Position numbers and translations under genes: made by a program. A stretch of DNA of 24,000 nucleotides, taken from assembly GCF_030145145.1 (NCBI RefSeq), contig NZ_JAQYWD010000004.1, forward strand, positions 116,622-140,621, in the 5' to 3' direction. Positions within the stretch are counted from its first letter, which is position 1, and every line of letters begins with the position of its first letter. Shown here piece after piece: positions 1 to 8,100 of the stretch. The notes under the pieces were generated by a model. The model saw only the letters and a list, made by a program, of their open reading frames with translations. It did no database searches and had not been told where the DNA came from. The stretch is from Desulfobacula sp. GTDB lineage: Bacteria; Desulfobacterota; Desulfobacteria; Desulfobacterales; Desulfobacteraceae.

Positions 1-586
1 TAATCATGGTTTGAATATTTTTTTGACTGTCCCGGATATCATTTAGCAGTGGTAAAACAGCCTCTGCATACCCATCCGACTCTTCCAGCGCCTTTTTCAA
101 ATGCAGGGAGGACACGGCAATTGAGGCATTAAACCCCTCTATGAGTGCCAGCTTGTCACCCAGTATATAATTAAAGGCATTTATCTTTTGGGCCAGTTCT
201 TTGCCTTCATCCTTTTTTCGCAACCGGATGGGATGAGAGATATCGCCTTCGATCATTTCATCAACGGTTTTTTCAAACCGGTAAAACGGACCTGCCACCC
301 GGTGGGTTAGAAATAAGGTAATGAGGAGTACACCGCCCCCCCCGAAAACGATCAACAGCCACTGGGTGCTGAGGATCTTTTTAAACAGTATTCCCGGGGT
401 TAACCCAATCTGCAGATGATAATCATCAAACACAATCGAGAGTGTATTTAAAGAAAAAAAACTGAATACCGCCACAAACAGGAGGCTTCCCATTACAGTC
501 AGCAGGAAATAATTAAACAGATACCGCCCTTGAAATTCTTTGTTGATAAAATAATTGCGTCGCTTATACTGGAGCCGGTTCGTCAT
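1..586 (-). CDS. Membrane protein with two N-terminal TM segments and HAMP-like linker (chemoreceptor/sensor-like), 3' end beyond window
   Basis: Manual reverse translation from ATG at 586-584: MTNRLQYKRRNYFINKEFQGRYLFNYFLLTVMGSLLFVAVFSFFSLNTL...LLIVFGGGGVLLITLFLTHRVAGPFYRFEKTVDEMIEGDISHPIRLRKKDE...; HAMP-like P-x-x-R...E. Open to window edge, so absent from ORF track. Confidence 0.75.
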   Translation of the reverse strand, partial: MTNRLQYKRRNYFINKEFQGRYLFNYFLLTVMGSLLFVAVFSFFSLNTLSIVFDDYHLQIGLTPGILFKKILSTQWLLIVFGGGGVLLITLFLTHRVAGPFYRFEKTVDEMIEGDISHPIRLRKKDEGKELAQKINAFNYILGDKLALIEGFNASIAVSSLHLKKALEESDGYAEAVLPLLNDIRDSQKNIQTMI

Positions 587-1314
587 TTTTTCCTCCATAT
601 GTCTGCTGATGCCTTTATGGCACGGGTCCATTCATCCAACCGCTGTTCTTTTTTTTTATCCTGGATAAAGAGCGACACGCGTTTCATATCCACCGCCTGA
701 ACCGAATCCCCCGGCTGTTTTTTTTGGATATCATCCAGCCGGTAAACAGACACGCCATAGGCATCCGCCCGGGGATTTGAAGATTCCCCGGGGCTAAGGG
801 GCAATACGATAAATTTCAAATCATCAGACAAGTCGATAAAATCAGCATTAATTTTTTCAACGGTTTCATTGGTTTTTGCCTGTGCATCTTTCATGCTGGG
901 ATACACCTGCTTGGTCAATGACAGTGTTTGCTGACACAATCTCTCGTAGGCTGCCAGTTCGTCCGGGGTGACCGCCACCACCAGGGATGACAATTTCCGG
1001 TCCAGGAGAATTTTAATCAACGACTGTTCATAGAAATTTTCAACCGATTGCCGAAAACTTTCTTCTGTATTAATTTTCATGCGGATGGCTTCCTGGATCA
1101 GCAATTGCCGGTCAATGACCGATTCGATAAATTGTGCCCGGCTCATGTAGGACGGTTTTCTTTTCAGCATGGTTTCAAATTCATCTTCAGAAATAATCCG
1201 GTCGTTTATGGATAACACCGGTGATGACATTTCAACACGGGTATCCACCAGTCCATAGACGGCCAGGCCGGAACACACCATCATGATCACAATAATGTAG
1301 TAAATATACTTCAT
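583..1314 (-). CDS. SurA-N-like / peptidyl-prolyl isomerase-related exported or membrane-anchored protein
   Basis: 243 aa ORF; N-terminal hydrophobic segment; 'INDRIISEDEFETMLKR...FIESVIDRQLLIQEAIRMKI' resembles SurA N-terminal domain. Overlaps the downstream start by a few bases. Confidence 0.6.
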   Translation of the reverse strand: MKYIYYIIVIMMVCSGLAVYGLVDTRVEMSSPVLSINDRIISEDEFETMLKRKPSYMSRAQFIESVIDRQLLIQEAIRMKINTEESFRQSVENFYEQSLIKILLDRKLSSLVVAVTPDELAAYERLCQQTLSLTKQVYPSMKDAQAKTNETVEKINADFIDLSDDLKFIVLPLSPGESSNPRADAYGVSVYRLDDIQKKQPGDSVQAVDMKRVSLFIQDKKKEQRLDEWTRAIKASADIWRKK

Positions 1315-1374
1315 CCTTGTTTTGTCCTTTACCTCAACTTATTGAAGACCGAACGTTGAGTCCTTTAATTAAAA

Positions 1375-1830
1375 TTAATCGTCAACAATCAGTCGGCCGG
1401 TATTTCTCTCCACCTGAATGCAGCGGTCATCATAGAGCCTTTGCATACCATAGTCTTTAATATTCGTTATTTCAAGATCCGGCAGGCCATTGTCCCGCAG
1501 CCATTTTCGAATAATCGGCACCTGATCGGGATCCTCTACCCGGGCCGTGAAAATTTTAACCCGTATGCCGTTGTTGATCATTTTTTTAACCAGTGCCAGC
1601 ATGGCGGGAACCGGTTCGCCCACCTTGCCATATGCGGCTGTCCGGCTATAATGGGCCAGGGTTCCGTCAAGGTCCACGCCGGTCCAGATCCTGGGGCGTT
1701 CCCGGGTTGATGTGTCAAACGCGTCAGGCGTATCCGCCCTTGCCGGACCAGGGGACCCAATGGCATATTCCCTGGACACCTGCTCTTTTGCTTTTTTAAA
1801 ATATTTTTTTATTGAATTTAGCATGGTCAT
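1375..1830 (-). CDS. HAD-like hydrolase
   Basis: 151 aa; HAD motif I-like 'TGVDLDGTLAHY', motif II-like 'VKIFTAR', C-terminal 'YDDR'. Confidence 0.7.
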   Translation of the reverse strand: MTMLNSIKKYFKKAKEQVSREYAIGSPGPARADTPDAFDTSTRERPRIWTGVDLDGTLAHYSRTAAYGKVGEPVPAMLALVKKMINNGIRVKIFTARVEDPDQVPIIRKWLRDNGLPDLEITNIKDYGMQRLYDDRCIQVERNTGRLIVDD

Positions 1831-1877
1831 TTATATAATATAAAATTTGTTGAAAACAAATAAAAAGGGAGTTTCTG

Positions 1878-2798
1878 TTGAAAAAAGTCATATGTCTGAT
1901 GATACTGCTCGTATCTTTATCTGCCCCCGGGTTCGCCGACACCCAGAAAGACCTGTTTGAAACTGGGGTTCGCCTGTTCAAACAAGGGCACTACCAGAAA
2001 GCGGTGGAGAGGTTTTCACAGTTGATCCAACTGGCTCCCGACCATGCAGATGCCTACAAAAACCGGGGGGTATCCTACATGAAACTGGAAAAATTTGATC
2101 TTGCGATCCAGGATTTTGAAACCGCAAAAACATTGTTTCCAGAACTGAAAGGACTCTATAGTAACCTTGGCGTGGCCTGGTATTACAAGAAAGACTATGA
2201 AAAAGCCATAGAAAGCTATGATACTGAAATCCAGATGGATTCAGAAAACCATGTGGCCTATTTTAACCGGGCCCTGTGCCTTGCTGAACTGGGCAGAAAC
2301 ACGGATGCCCTTGATGACCTGTCCAGAACACTGGCCCTTAAACCTGAATTTTACTGGGCCCTCTGCTATAAGGCGGATCTGCTTGCCCTGTCCGGGCAGG
2401 ATATCCAGGCCATCAAAGCCTATGAAGCCGCCATCCGCCAGGACCCGGAAGACACGTATGCCCGGGAAAAACGGGTGCAGCTCAAGCAAAAAATGGGCAC
2501 CAAAGAATCGCCTGACCTGCCCAAGCCCCCTTTGGGAAACCCAAAAGAGGATCCGCTTCAATATACCCTTCAGGCCGGCGCATTTCTCAATCCAACCAAT
2601 GCCGACAAAATGAACACCAGATTACGGGATAACGGTTTTGATGCAAGGATACTGACACTCAAAGGGGCCAAAAACAAAACCTGGTACCTGGTCAGGTCAG
2701 GCCATTATGCAACAAAGGATGCCGCTCATAAGGCCGCTGAAATGCTAATGCAGACCCTTGCCGTAACATCGGTGGTCCGCACCAGGGACTCCTGGTAA
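1878..2798 (+). CDS. Exported TPR-repeat protein with C-terminal SPOR domain
   Basis: 306 aa; signal peptide MKKVICLMILLVSLSAPGFA; repeated TPR units (e.g. 'AYKNRGVSYMKLEKFDLAIQDFETA'); C-term 'YTLQAGAFLNPTNADKMNTRLRDNGFDARIL...WYLVRSGHYATKDAAHKAAEML' SPOR-like. Confidence 0.85.
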   Translation: MKKVICLMILLVSLSAPGFADTQKDLFETGVRLFKQGHYQKAVERFSQLIQLAPDHADAYKNRGVSYMKLEKFDLAIQDFETAKTLFPELKGLYSNLGVAWYYKKDYEKAIESYDTEIQMDSENHVAYFNRALCLAELGRNTDALDDLSRTLALKPEFYWALCYKADLLALSGQDIQAIKAYEAAIRQDPEDTYAREKRVQLKQKMGTKESPDLPKPPLGNPKEDPLQYTLQAGAFLNPTNADKMNTRLRDNGFDARILTLKGAKNKTWYLVRSGHYATKDAAHKAAEMLMQTLAVTSVVRTRDSW

Positions 2799-2816
2799 AA
2801 GACGCTGACAGTGGAA

Positions 2817-3887
2817 TCAGACTGAAAACCGGATGTTCAAGATATCGCCATCTTCAACTGTATAGTCTTTGCCTTCCACATAAATTCTGCCCGCCTTCTT
2901 GAGTTCAGCCTCACTGCCGGCTTCCATGAGGTCATCATATTTAAAGACCTCTGCCCGGATAAAGCCCCTTTCAAGATCGGAATGGATGACCCCGGCGGCC
3001 CTGGGGGCTCTTGCGCCCTTCCTGACCAGCCACTGGCGGACTTCATCTTTTCCCACGGTAAAAAAAGAAATCAGGTTCAACGATTTTAAACACAGCTTTG
3101 TCAGACTCTCAAGGGCTGTCTGGGTGATGCCAAGGTCCTGGAGGAACTCCTCTTTTTCTTCCTGGGTATCCAGCAGGGCAATCTCGGCCTCAACCTTTGC
3201 AGACACCAGCATGACTTCAATCTCCTGGGTTTCACAGCGAAGTTGAAACTGTGACAGCAACGGGCCACTTTCCAGGTCCTCTTCAGATACATTAACGGCG
3301 ATGACCAGTTTTTTCCGGGTAATAAACGGATAACTCCGGATCATCTTTTCTTCATCATCTGTTAATTCAATCCGTCTTAACGGGGTTTCCGATTCAAGGA
3401 ACTCTTTCAGGCGGCCCATCAGAACCAGCTCTTTTTGCTGATCCTCATCTTTTATTTTTTTGACCATTGCCTCCAGACGGTCGATGCGTTTTTCAACAAA
3501 TATCTGATCATGCATGATCAGTTCTGAATTGACCATTTCAAAATCTCTTATGGCATCCACAGAGCCTTCCGCATGGTAAATGGCATCATCTTCAAAGGCC
3601 CGGACCACATGGCAGATGGCATCCATGTCCGCGATATCCTTGAAAATGGATCCCTTGGCAATGGTTTCCGCTTCCATTTTCGGCAGCAATACAAGATCAA
3701 TTCTGGCCCTGACATTTTTTTTAGGGTCGTACATCTCCACCAGCCGATTAAATCTTGAATCAAGAATATCTGCAGCGCCGGGAACAGGCTTAGCTGCTTT
3801 GGACGGTTCTTTGATTTCATTTCCCGTTAAAATCTGAAACAATGTTTTTTTGCCTGTCTGGGGCAGGCCGATAATTCCAACCTTCAT
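2817..3887 (-). CDS. YchF/Obg-related protein (DUF933/TGS-like C-terminus) with degenerate nucleotide-binding motifs
   Basis: 356 aa; 'GIIGLPQTGKKTLFQILTG' aligned with YchF GLPNVGKST; 'NVSEEDL' like YchF G4 N-x-x-E; C-term 'QWLVRKGARAPRAAGVIHSDLERGFIRAEVFKYDDL...EGKDYTVEDGDILNIRF' typical of YchF DUF933. Confidence 0.85.
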   Translation of the reverse strand: MKVGIIGLPQTGKKTLFQILTGNEIKEPSKAAKPVPGAADILDSRFNRLVEMYDPKKNVRARIDLVLLPKMEAETIAKGSIFKDIADMDAICHVVRAFEDDAIYHAEGSVDAIRDFEMVNSELIMHDQIFVEKRIDRLEAMVKKIKDEDQQKELVLMGRLKEFLESETPLRRIELTDDEEKMIRSYPFITRKKLVIAVNVSEEDLESGPLLSQFQLRCETQEIEVMLVSAKVEAEIALLDTQEEKEEFLQDLGITQTALESLTKLCLKSLNLISFFTVGKDEVRQWLVRKGARAPRAAGVIHSDLERGFIRAEVFKYDDLMEAGSEAELKKAGRIYVEGKDYTVEDGDILNIRFSV

Positions 3888-3903
3888 GGGGTATGCGGTA
3901 TCC

Positions 3904-4218
3904 TTAAATTAAGTTAATTTTTTGTTTTTCCACCACTTGATTTTGCCGGTATAAAATCGCCACATGCCCTATCATGCCGGCGACATGGGATTTGGTAGCT
4001 TTGGCAACCGCCTGGATCAAGGCATTTTTTTGATCTTTTTCTTTAAAATCATTAAATTTCACTTTGATCAGTTCCGTGGCTTCAAGCGCTGTATCAACTT
4101 CTTCAATCAGCGCTTGGGTAACCCCCTTCTGACCGATAAATACAGCAGGGTTCAAATTATGGGCAAGCCCCCTTAAGTATTTCCGTTGTGATCCTTTTAA
4201 GTCTTTCAAGTCATGCAT
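3904..4218 (-). CDS. YhbY-family (CRM domain) ribosome-associated RNA-binding protein
   Basis: 104 aa; 'LKGSQRKYLRGLAHNLNPAVFIGQKGVTQALIEEVDTALEATELIKVKFNDFK' is a canonical YhbY/CRM signature. Confidence 0.9.
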   Translation of the reverse strand: MHDLKDLKGSQRKYLRGLAHNLNPAVFIGQKGVTQALIEEVDTALEATELIKVKFNDFKEKDQKNALIQAVAKATKSHVAGMIGHVAILYRQNQVVEKQKINLI

Positions 4219-4426
4219 CCTTTAAAATATGGGTTAAGATAGATATCATATCATATAAAAAATAAGTTTTACAGTATAGTTGACCGCTCAATTTAAAAAT
4301 TAATTTGCCTTGCACCCCAATATATTGTAAACTAACTGCTTATTTAAAGTTACTGGAGTAAGGCACTATTTTCCAGTACTTTTATCGTTAACTCATGTTC
4401 ATTTTAAATTTAAAAAGACGTCTCAT

Positions 4427-6403
4427 ATGGATGTAAAACCAACTTATGAAGCATTGGAACAAAGGGTTCAAGAATTAGAGAAGTCTGAGAATAAACTGCG
4501 GGAAAGCGAAGAACGGTTTCGCGTGGCATTCCATACAAGTCCTGATGCAATCAATCTCAACAGGATTTCTGATGGAATGTATATCGATATCAATGAGGGG
4601 TTCAGCAGACTCACGGGGTATACCCGGGATGATATTTTTGGAAAAACCTCCCTTTCCCTGGACATCTGGGAAAACCCTGAAGACAGAAAACGACTGGTCG
4701 ATGGTTTGTCGCGGACAGGCCATGTGGAAAACCTGGAGGCCCGGTTTGTCCGAAAAGACAGAACTGTCGGCGTGGGCTTGATGTCCGCCCGGACCTTGCA
4801 AATCAATAATGAAATGGTCATTTTATCCGTAACCCGGGACATTACTACACTCAAAAAATCCGAGGTGGCATTGCGGAAGAGTGAAGAAAAATTCCGCCAA
4901 ATTTATAATAATATTCTGGATGTCTATTATGAAGCAAGCCTGGATGGGATTCTTTTAGAAATCAGCCCTTCAATTGAAAAAGTTTCTCAGTATAAGCGGG
5001 AAGAGCTTATCGGTAAATCACTCTATGAGATTTATACCCATCCTGGCGATCGGGATACCCTTATTGAGATAATTTTAGACAAGGAAATTGTCAAAGACTA
5101 TGAACTGAACCTTACAGATAAAAACAACACCCAACATATCTGTTCCATAAATATCGAACTGGTCAAAGACACAGCAGGTCGCCCGTTAAAGATAGTTGGT
5201 ATTTTTCGTGATATTTCAGATCGAAAAAAAATGGAAGATGAAAAAATTAACGCGCAAAAAATTGCAAATGAACATGAAAAACTGGCATTGGTGGGACAGG
5301 TCGCAGGAAAAATGGCCCATGATTTTAATAATGTCCTGGGGATTATCATGGGGAACGCCGAGCTCTCTCTTTTGGATTGCAAGGATGCTGAAACAAAACA
5401 GACCCTCGAATTGATATACCAGCAAACCATACGCGGTAAAAATTTAATAAAAAACCTGGTGGCATTTGCCAAAGACCAGGAACCCAAGCAGGAATTTTTT
5501 AAAATAAATGAAAAAATTGATCTTGTCATAAACCTGCTGAGAAAAGATTTGGACGGCATTGAGCTGATAACGGAAACCAAACCCGGAATACCGGATTTAC
5601 TAGCAGATCCCGGAATGATCGAACATGCCCTTGTAAACCTGATTCAAAACGCCATTCATGCCACCAGTAAGGCGGATGATCCGATGATCACCCTGCGATC
5701 GTATTGCCTTGACAATACGATCTGTTTTGAAATTCAGGACAATGGATGCGGCATCCCCAAAGAGCATTTAACCCATATTTTTGATCCCTCTTTTACCCTG
5801 AAGGGCAACAAGGACGTGACAGGTTCATATGCTCGGGGTATTAACGGCACCGGGTATGGGATGTCCAATGTTAAAAAATATATCGAACTGCACAAGGGTG
5901 ATCTTTCATTTGAATCCAAACCGGGCTCAGGAACAACCTTTACCATCTGTCTGCCGATTATTCGAAAACGATTAACCCGGCAGGAAAAAACAGATCTCCG
6001 GAAAGACATCACCTGTTCTGGAAAATATATTCTACTGGTTGAAGATGAAACCGCTATCTCAGATGTACAATACACGGTATTAACCCAGGATCCCTGCAGC
6101 CATAAAGTGGATATTGCCAATAACGGAACCGTTGCCATGGATTTGTTCAATCGAAATAAATATGATTTGATCAGTTTAGATCATGTTCTGCCAGGAAAAA
6201 CAAGTGGGATGGACGTGTATAAGCATATTCGACGAACCAACCAAACCCTTCCCATACTGTTTATTTCGGGCAATATCGAATTCCTGGAGTCGATAAAGGG
6301 TCTCAAACAAAAGGATGTCAATATTGCGCATCAATCAAAACCCTGTCAAAATAAAGAATATGTAAACAGCATCAACAACCTGCTCAAAAGGAGGCTGAAA
6401 TGA
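4427..6403 (+). CDS. Soluble PAS-PAS hybrid histidine kinase with C-terminal receiver domain
   Basis: 658 aa; two PAS segments, H-box 'HDFNNVLGIIMGNAELS', N-box 'NLIQNAIHAT', G-boxes 'DNGCGI' and 'GTGYGMSNVKKYIE', receiver 'ILLVEDETA...YDLISLDHVLPG'. No TM segment evident. Stop overlaps the next ATG (ATGA). Confidence 0.92.
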   Translation: MDVKPTYEALEQRVQELEKSENKLRESEERFRVAFHTSPDAINLNRISDGMYIDINEGFSRLTGYTRDDIFGKTSLSLDIWENPEDRKRLVDGLSRTGHVENLEARFVRKDRTVGVGLMSARTLQINNEMVILSVTRDITTLKKSEVALRKSEEKFRQIYNNILDVYYEASLDGILLEISPSIEKVSQYKREELIGKSLYEIYTHPGDRDTLIEIILDKEIVKDYELNLTDKNNTQHICSINIELVKDTAGRPLKIVGIFRDISDRKKMEDEKINAQKIANEHEKLALVGQVAGKMAHDFNNVLGIIMGNAELSLLDCKDAETKQTLELIYQQTIRGKNLIKNLVAFAKDQEPKQEFFKINEKIDLVINLLRKDLDGIELITETKPGIPDLLADPGMIEHALVNLIQNAIHATSKADDPMITLRSYCLDNTICFEIQDNGCGIPKEHLTHIFDPSFTLKGNKDVTGSYARGINGTGYGMSNVKKYIELHKGDLSFESKPGSGTTFTICLPIIRKRLTRQEKTDLRKDITCSGKYILLVEDETAISDVQYTVLTQDPCSHKVDIANNGTVAMDLFNRNKYDLISLDHVLPGKTSGMDVYKHIRRTNQTLPILFISGNIEFLESIKGLKQKDVNIAHQSKPCQNKEYVNSINNLLKRRLK

Positions 6404-6615
6404 CAACACAAAAGATAACGTTGACAATTGACGGCATGAGTTGCGGCCATTGCTCGACAATGGTCCAGAGAACCCTTGACGCAATTGAGGGTATTTCCAA
6501 TGTATCGGTGGATCTTGACGGGAAACAGGCCCGGTTTGATACGGATACGCCAGCACGCATTGAGACCGCTATTCAACAGATAAATGAAGCCGGTTATACG
6601 GCATCACGGCCGTAG
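6400..6615 (+). CDS. Heavy-metal-associated (HMA) domain protein, CopZ/MerP-like metallochaperone
   Basis: 71 aa; 'TLTIDGMSCGHCSTMVQRTLDAIEGISNVSVDLDGKQARFDTD' with GMxCxxC motif at 6433-6453; 4-bp overlap with upstream kinase gene. Confidence 0.92.
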   Translation: MTTQKITLTIDGMSCGHCSTMVQRTLDAIEGISNVSVDLDGKQARFDTDTPARIETAIQQINEAGYTASRP

Positions 6616-6619
6616 TCCA

Positions 6620-7786
6620 ATGGCTTCTCCGGTTCAACCCAGACAGACCCTCTCAACCCCGGGCGTTACAATCCTGTCGGGTATGGATGGGCAAATTCCC
6701 GCCGGTCTGCCCGTGAGTGCCGCCCCCCTGGCAGCACATGAAAAACCGGGCTATAGGATGTGTTCATATGTAAAAACATTCATCAAAACCGATGCAGGGC
6801 ATATTCCCATCATCACCTCCCTGCTGGGAAAAGCAGACCTTTTTTCAACTTTTTATGTCAGATGCGGCATCAACCGACATCAATATACAGTGGCTCCCGG
6901 ACTTTACGGCATTGGAGAGCCGGATAAAACTTCTGACGTACTGGTGACAGCAAATTTTAAATTGACCTTTGATCACCTGAGAAAGGCACTTGCACACGTG
7001 AATGCATGGATCCTTGTCCTGGATACAAACGGCGTCAATGTCTGGTGTGCGGCAGGCAAGGGAACCTTTTCCACCCGGGAACTGGTGACAAGGATTAAAA
7101 CCACGTCCCTTGATAAAATTGTGGATCACAAAAGGGTCATCGTTCCCCAACTGGGTGCCACGGGTGTGTCTGCAAAGGATGTGAAAACTCAGTCCGGGTT
7201 CAGGGTGGTATATGGTCCCATCCGGGCCAATGATATTCCGGTTTTTTTACAGAACCATAGAATCGCGGACAAACAGATGCGACAGATCACCTTCAGCCTG
7301 TATGAACGGTTTATTCTCACCCCCGTGGAAATTCAGATGGCGCTGAAACCATCTTTGATCGCCATCATTGCCCTGTTCATCCTTTCAGGTTTTGGCCCGG
7401 GTATATTTTCTTTTTCCGGGGCCTGGGAAAGAGGGGTCCTGGCGGTTTATGCCCTGGTGGCCGGCATCATTTCCGGGGCCATTGCTACCCCGGTACTCCT
7501 GCCCTTTATTCCCTCCAGGGCCTTTGCCCTCAAGGGGATCATTGTTGGAAGTATCTTTGCCGTACTTGTTTTGCTGCCAATGGCAAATACCATTAACGGC
7601 ATCGCCGGAGGCCTGGCACTTTTTTTATTCAGTGTGACCATCAGCTCGTATCTGGCCATGAACTTTACCGGGGCAACACCGTTCACCTCACCTTCCGGGG
7701 TTGAACACGAGATGAAACAGTACATCCCGGTGCAGTTGGCGTGCCTTGCGATATCAACCGGGCTGTGGATATATGCTGCCTTTTAA
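6620..7786 (+). CDS. hgcA: Mercury methylation corrinoid protein HgcA (start could alternatively be 6584)
   Basis: Contains cap-helix motif NVWCAAGK (7037-7060, context 'VLDTNGVNVWCAAGKGTFSTRELV') diagnostic of HgcA, followed by several C-terminal TM helices; directly followed by hgcB. Confidence 0.96.
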   Translation: MASPVQPRQTLSTPGVTILSGMDGQIPAGLPVSAAPLAAHEKPGYRMCSYVKTFIKTDAGHIPIITSLLGKADLFSTFYVRCGINRHQYTVAPGLYGIGEPDKTSDVLVTANFKLTFDHLRKALAHVNAWILVLDTNGVNVWCAAGKGTFSTRELVTRIKTTSLDKIVDHKRVIVPQLGATGVSAKDVKTQSGFRVVYGPIRANDIPVFLQNHRIADKQMRQITFSLYERFILTPVEIQMALKPSLIAIIALFILSGFGPGIFSFSGAWERGVLAVYALVAGIISGAIATPVLLPFIPSRAFALKGIIVGSIFAVLVLLPMANTINGIAGGLALFLFSVTISSYLAMNFTGATPFTSPSGVEHEMKQYIPVQLACLAISTGLWIYAAF

Positions 7787-7809
7787 ACCGAACGTTAAAG
7801 GAGTCAACC

Positions 7810-8100
7810 ATGAAAGACATCAGATATCTGGATGACATATCAAGCCTGGTGCTGACAGATGAAAAATGCGTCGGGTGCGGCCTGTGTATCGAAGTCTGCC
7901 CCCACGGCGTGTTTGAAATGCAACACAACAAAGCCCGTATTGTTGATTTCAATGCCTGCATGGAATGTGGTGCCTGTGTGAACAATTGTCCTTCAGGCGC
8001 CCTCTCCGTCAGTCCCGGGGTGGGCTGAGCCGCCTATATTATCCAGGTCTGGATAAAAGGCAAAGAAAACGCATCCTGTGGCACGGGCGGGTGCTGCTGA
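7810..8100 (+). CDS. hgcB: HgcB ferredoxin-like mercury methylation protein, probable selenoprotein (Sec at codon 73, TGA 8026-8028)
   Basis: AAAGGAG RBS (7797-7803) then MKDIRYLDDISSLVLTDEKCVGCGLCIEVCPHGVFEMQHNKARIVDFNACMECGACVNNCPSGALSVSPGVG-U-AAYIIQVWIKGKENASCGTGGCC*. Two CxxCxxCxxxC clusters; C-terminal CC. TGA in place of the conserved Cys; SECIS-like hairpin just downstream. Confidence 0.9.
8026..8061 (+). promoter_or_regulatory. Putative bacterial SECIS element (UGA plus downstream hairpin)
   Basis: TGA 8026-8028; lower stem GCCT 8032-8035 / AGGC 8058-8061; perfect 7-bp upper stem TTATCCA 8039-8045 / TGGATAA 8050-8056; apical GGTC 8046-8049. Confidence 0.85.

Noticed and set aside
4468-6150. 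Several minus-strand ORFs under the hybrid kinase (e.g. 4468-4854, 5098-5580, 5734-6150)
   Set aside because: No recognisable motifs; shadow ORFs opposite a strongly supported CDS. The same applies to other antisense or alternate-frame ORFs in the track.
7741-7809. ORF-track start of hgcB at 7741 (MPCDINRAVDICCLLNRTLKEST...)
   Set aside because: This stretch lies inside the hgcA 3' end. The ATG at 7810 has an AAAGGAG Shine-Dalgarno and gives an HgcB-like N-terminus.
8026-8028. Reading hgcB as a truncated 72-aa protein or pseudogene
   Set aside because: The downstream frame keeps HgcB-like sequence to a Cys-Cys terminus, the stop falls exactly at codon 73, and a SECIS-like hairpin follows. 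Random nonsense mutation does not explain all three. A base error (TGC to TGA) cannot be excluded without reads, but would not create the hairpin.
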